Notes under the pieces: generated by a model | Told to the model about the DNA's origin: nothing | What the model saw: only the letters and a program-made list of their open reading frames with translations | Database searches by the model: none | Source: Raja brachyura | Taxonomy: Eukaryota | Assembly: GCA_963514005.1 (NCBI GenBank) | Contig: OY740783.1 | Location: 79,918,001 to 79,982,000, forward strand | Reading direction: 5' to 3' | Length of the DNA: 64,000 bases | Made by a program: the position numbers and the translations under genes | In this document: positions 61,076-64,000 of the stretch, one piece after another | Numbering within the stretch: position 1 is the stretch's first letter | Layout of the letters: every line of letters starts with the position of its first letter

Positions 61076-61705
61076 TGAAGCAAAACGTAACTCCTGAATT
61101 TGAAAGATCTTGCTCGGGGCTTTCTCTTTAAAAGTCAGAAGCTTGGGTTCTTCCTTTTAAAAGCAGAGGGGGAGCTTCCTTCAATTGGTGGTACCTGTAG
61201 AAGATTGATCTCACCCGATTGACTAGAAATCCCTCTGATTGGTAGTAAAAGACAACCATGTAATTCTGGCTCTGTTTATTCTTCCATGATTTTTACATGA
61301 GATATAATTCAATTTAACATGTATGTATAAGATTTATCAAATGGCACAATTTTAACATGAAGCATTTCCATCCACCTCACATTAAATCAGGTGTTGCTAT
61401 AATTTCAAATGCTTTTTTTTCATCTCAATACCAATGAAAGATGGCTAAGCATAAAGAGGCTAAGACAGTCTGATTCTCTGTGTTAACAAAAACACCACCA
61501 AACTTGTCAATTAAATGAATAGTTTTGCATTAATTCAAATAGTTTTAATAGGTTTCGTGCTTGTGATGGGAAATTTCACATTCATTGAAATGTTACATTT
61601 TACTAACTTGCTGTGGATTTATGGCTTCCAGTGACCCAGAGAATGGATGAGGGCAGGATACTAAACACTGTCTACATGGGCTTTAGCAAAGCTTATGATA
61701 AGGAT

Positions 61706-62025
61706 GTTCAAGTTCAAGTGAGTTTATTGTCATGTGTTCCTGATAGGACAATGAAATTTGTGCTTTGCATCAGCACACAGGACATAGAAGGCATTTACTA
61801 CAAAACAGATCAATGTGTCCATATACCATATCTAAATATATATGCACATGAATAAATAAACTAATAAAGTGCAAATAACAGATAATGGGTTATTAGTTAT
61901 CAGAGTTTTGGCCGAGCCAGGTTTAATAGCCTGATGGCTGTGAGGAAGTAGCTATTCCTGAACCTGGTCGTTGCAGTCTTCAGGCTCCTGTACCTTCTAC
62001 CTGAAGGTAGCAGGGAGATGAGTGG
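61706..62025 (-). mobile_element. Rex1/Babar-type LINE 3' end next to a CR1 fragment (61600-61705)
   Basis: Close match to 13435-13712; CR1 motif VYMGFSKAYDK immediately upstream. Confidence 0.85.
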
Positions 62026-62379
62026 CATGATGGCATGGAAGGTCAGAACACGGGGATAGAGGTGAGTTAACAAATTAGAAATAAAATGGAAATTCTACAC
62101 AGAGGAGGGTTTTTTTTCGGATTCGAGGTCTGTATGTCACAGGGATTGGTGCTGGATCTTTTGCTGTCAAAGACAGACAGCGTTCCCTCAGGAAGCTTCC
62201 ATATGAGCATGGCATGGTACGAGTTAGATGTTGACAAGGATTAACCACCCTGTAGCCAACCACATGGTGCTCTTGAATCTTTTGCCCCTATCCAACAGGT
62301 CAGATTGATTTAACATCAGCTCCACAACTCACCACATATGACAAAGCAACACCATTAGAACAACACAGCAGTCTGTAGT

Positions 62380-62497
62380 GGGGTCGTGACCCAAAACATC
62401 ACTGAGCCATGTTCTCCAGGAAAGCTGCCTAACCCACTGAGTTACTTTAGCACTTTGTGCCTTTTTTAGTAAACCAGCATCTGCAGTTCCTTCTTTC
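62380..62497 (+). mobile_element. Penelope terminal fragment
   Basis: GGGTCGTGACCCAAAACATC...CTGAGTTACT...AACCAGCATCTGCAGTTCC. Confidence 0.7.
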
Positions 62498-62725
62498 ACC
62501 ACCATTACATTGGAGATTGGGTTAAGATATTTGTATTTGTATTAAGATTTGTATTTATTTGTGCTTTCTACATTTTAAAAACCTGCAAATCTTTAAATTG
62601 TCCAATTGAAGGATTTGGGTTGGGTTAGTTTGTCCTACACATTTACACCATGCTATTCCAGTGGTGGCATTTATTCTAAGACCATGAAGGTCAAATTAAG
62701 GACCAGGTCTTGTGGCCATGGCTGT

Positions 62726-64000
62726 TAGAAACATAGAAACATAGAAAATAGGTGCAGGAGAAGGTCATTCGAGCCAGCACCGCCATTCATTGTGATCATG
62801 GCTGATCGTCCCCAATCAATAACCCATTCTCCCCATATCCCTTGATTCCACTAGCCCCTAGAGATCTATCTAACTCTCTCTTAAATCCATCCAGGGACTT
62901 GGCCTCCACTGCCCTCTGTGGCAGGGAATTCCACAAATTCGCAACTCTCCGGGCGAAAACGTTTTTTCTCACCTCAGTCTTAAATGCCTTCCCTTTTATT
63001 CTAAGACTGTGGCCCCTGGTTCTGGACTCACCCAACATTGGGAACATTTTTCCTGCATCTAGCTTGTCCAGTCCTTTTATAATTTTATATGTTTCTATAA
63101 GATTTCCCCCTCATCCTTCTAAACACCAGTGAATACAAGCCTAGTCGTTTCAATCATTCCTCATATGACAGTCCCGTCATCCCAGGGATCAATCTCATGA
63201 ACCTATGCTGCACTACCTCAATCACGAAGATGTCCTTCCTCAAATTCGGAGACCAAAACTGGACACAATACTCCAGATGTGGTCTCACCAGAGCCCTATA
63301 CAACTGCAGAAGAACCTCTTTACTCCTATACTGAAATCCCCTTGTTATGAAGGCCAACATTCCATTAGCTTTCTTCAATGCCTGCTGTACCTGCACGCCA
63401 ACTTTCAGTGACTGGTGTACAAGGACGCCCAGGTCTCGCTGTACCTCCCCCTTGCCTAACCTAACCCCATTGAGGTAATAATCTGCCCCCTTGTTTTTGC
63501 CGCCAAAGTGGATAACCTCACATTTATCTATATTATACTGCATCTGCCACGCATCTGCCCACTCACTCAACCTGTCCAGGTCACCCTGCAACCTCCTAAC
63601 ATCCTCTTCACAGTTCACACTGCCACCCAGATTTGTGTCATCTGCAAAGTTGCTGGTGTTGCTCCTAATTCCCTCTTCCAAATCATTAATATATATGGTA
63701 AACAGTTGCGGCCCCAACGCCGAGACTTGCGGCACTCCACTCGCCACTGCCTGCCATTCTGAAAAGGACACGTTCACTCCTACTCTTTGCTTCCTGTCTG
63801 CCAACCAATTTTCTATCCATGTCAACACCCTACCCCCAATACCATGTGCTCTAATTTTAGTCACCAGTCTCCCATGCGGGACCTTATCAAAGGCTTTCTG
63901 AAAGTCTAGATACACTATATCCACTGGCACCCCTTCATCCATTTTCCTTGTCACATCCTCAAAAAATTCCAGAAGATTAGTCAAGCATGATTTCCCTTTC
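62726..64000 (-). mobile_element. CR1 LINE (same subfamily as 1-2460), running off the window
   Basis: ORF 63154-63984 has LDFQKAFDKVPH, SGVPQ, FADDT and LVRPHLEYCVQFW; (ACATAGAA)n tail. Confidence 0.96.

Noticed and set aside
1290-64000. Large inverted similarity between 1290-2460 and 62726-64000 as termini of a giant element
   Set aside because: Both are ordinary copies of an abundant CR1 subfamily with their own 3' tails.

Overview
Eukaryotic, repeat-saturated genomic DNA. The repeat repertoire (HE1-type tRNA SINEs, abundant CR1 LINEs, Penelope elements) points to a cartilaginous fish, probably a skate or ray; this is inference. I recognise no host protein-coding gene, and almost all listed ORFs are transposon fragments or noise. 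The only intact coding unit is a Tx1-clade non-LTR retrotransposon (about 50150-56778), with ORF1 (CCHC knuckle) and ORF2 (APE endonuclease, RT, zinc finger). Its two ORFs lie in the same frame, separated by one TAA, with no in-frame AUG ahead of the endonuclease N-terminus. It is bounded by two assembly gaps and appears to sit inside a non-autonomous Helitron. The window also holds a structurally complete but decayed DIRS element (ITRs plus ICR), several non-autonomous Helitrons, Penelope elements and palindromic mini-Penelope derivatives with degenerate hammerhead-ribozyme cores, Rex1/Babar LINE fragments with a partner non-autonomous family, Harbinger-type MITEs, a small two-hairpin retroposon with a TSD, and a hAT transposase fossil. 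Family names come from motif recognition, not database searches, and boundaries of decayed repeats are approximate.
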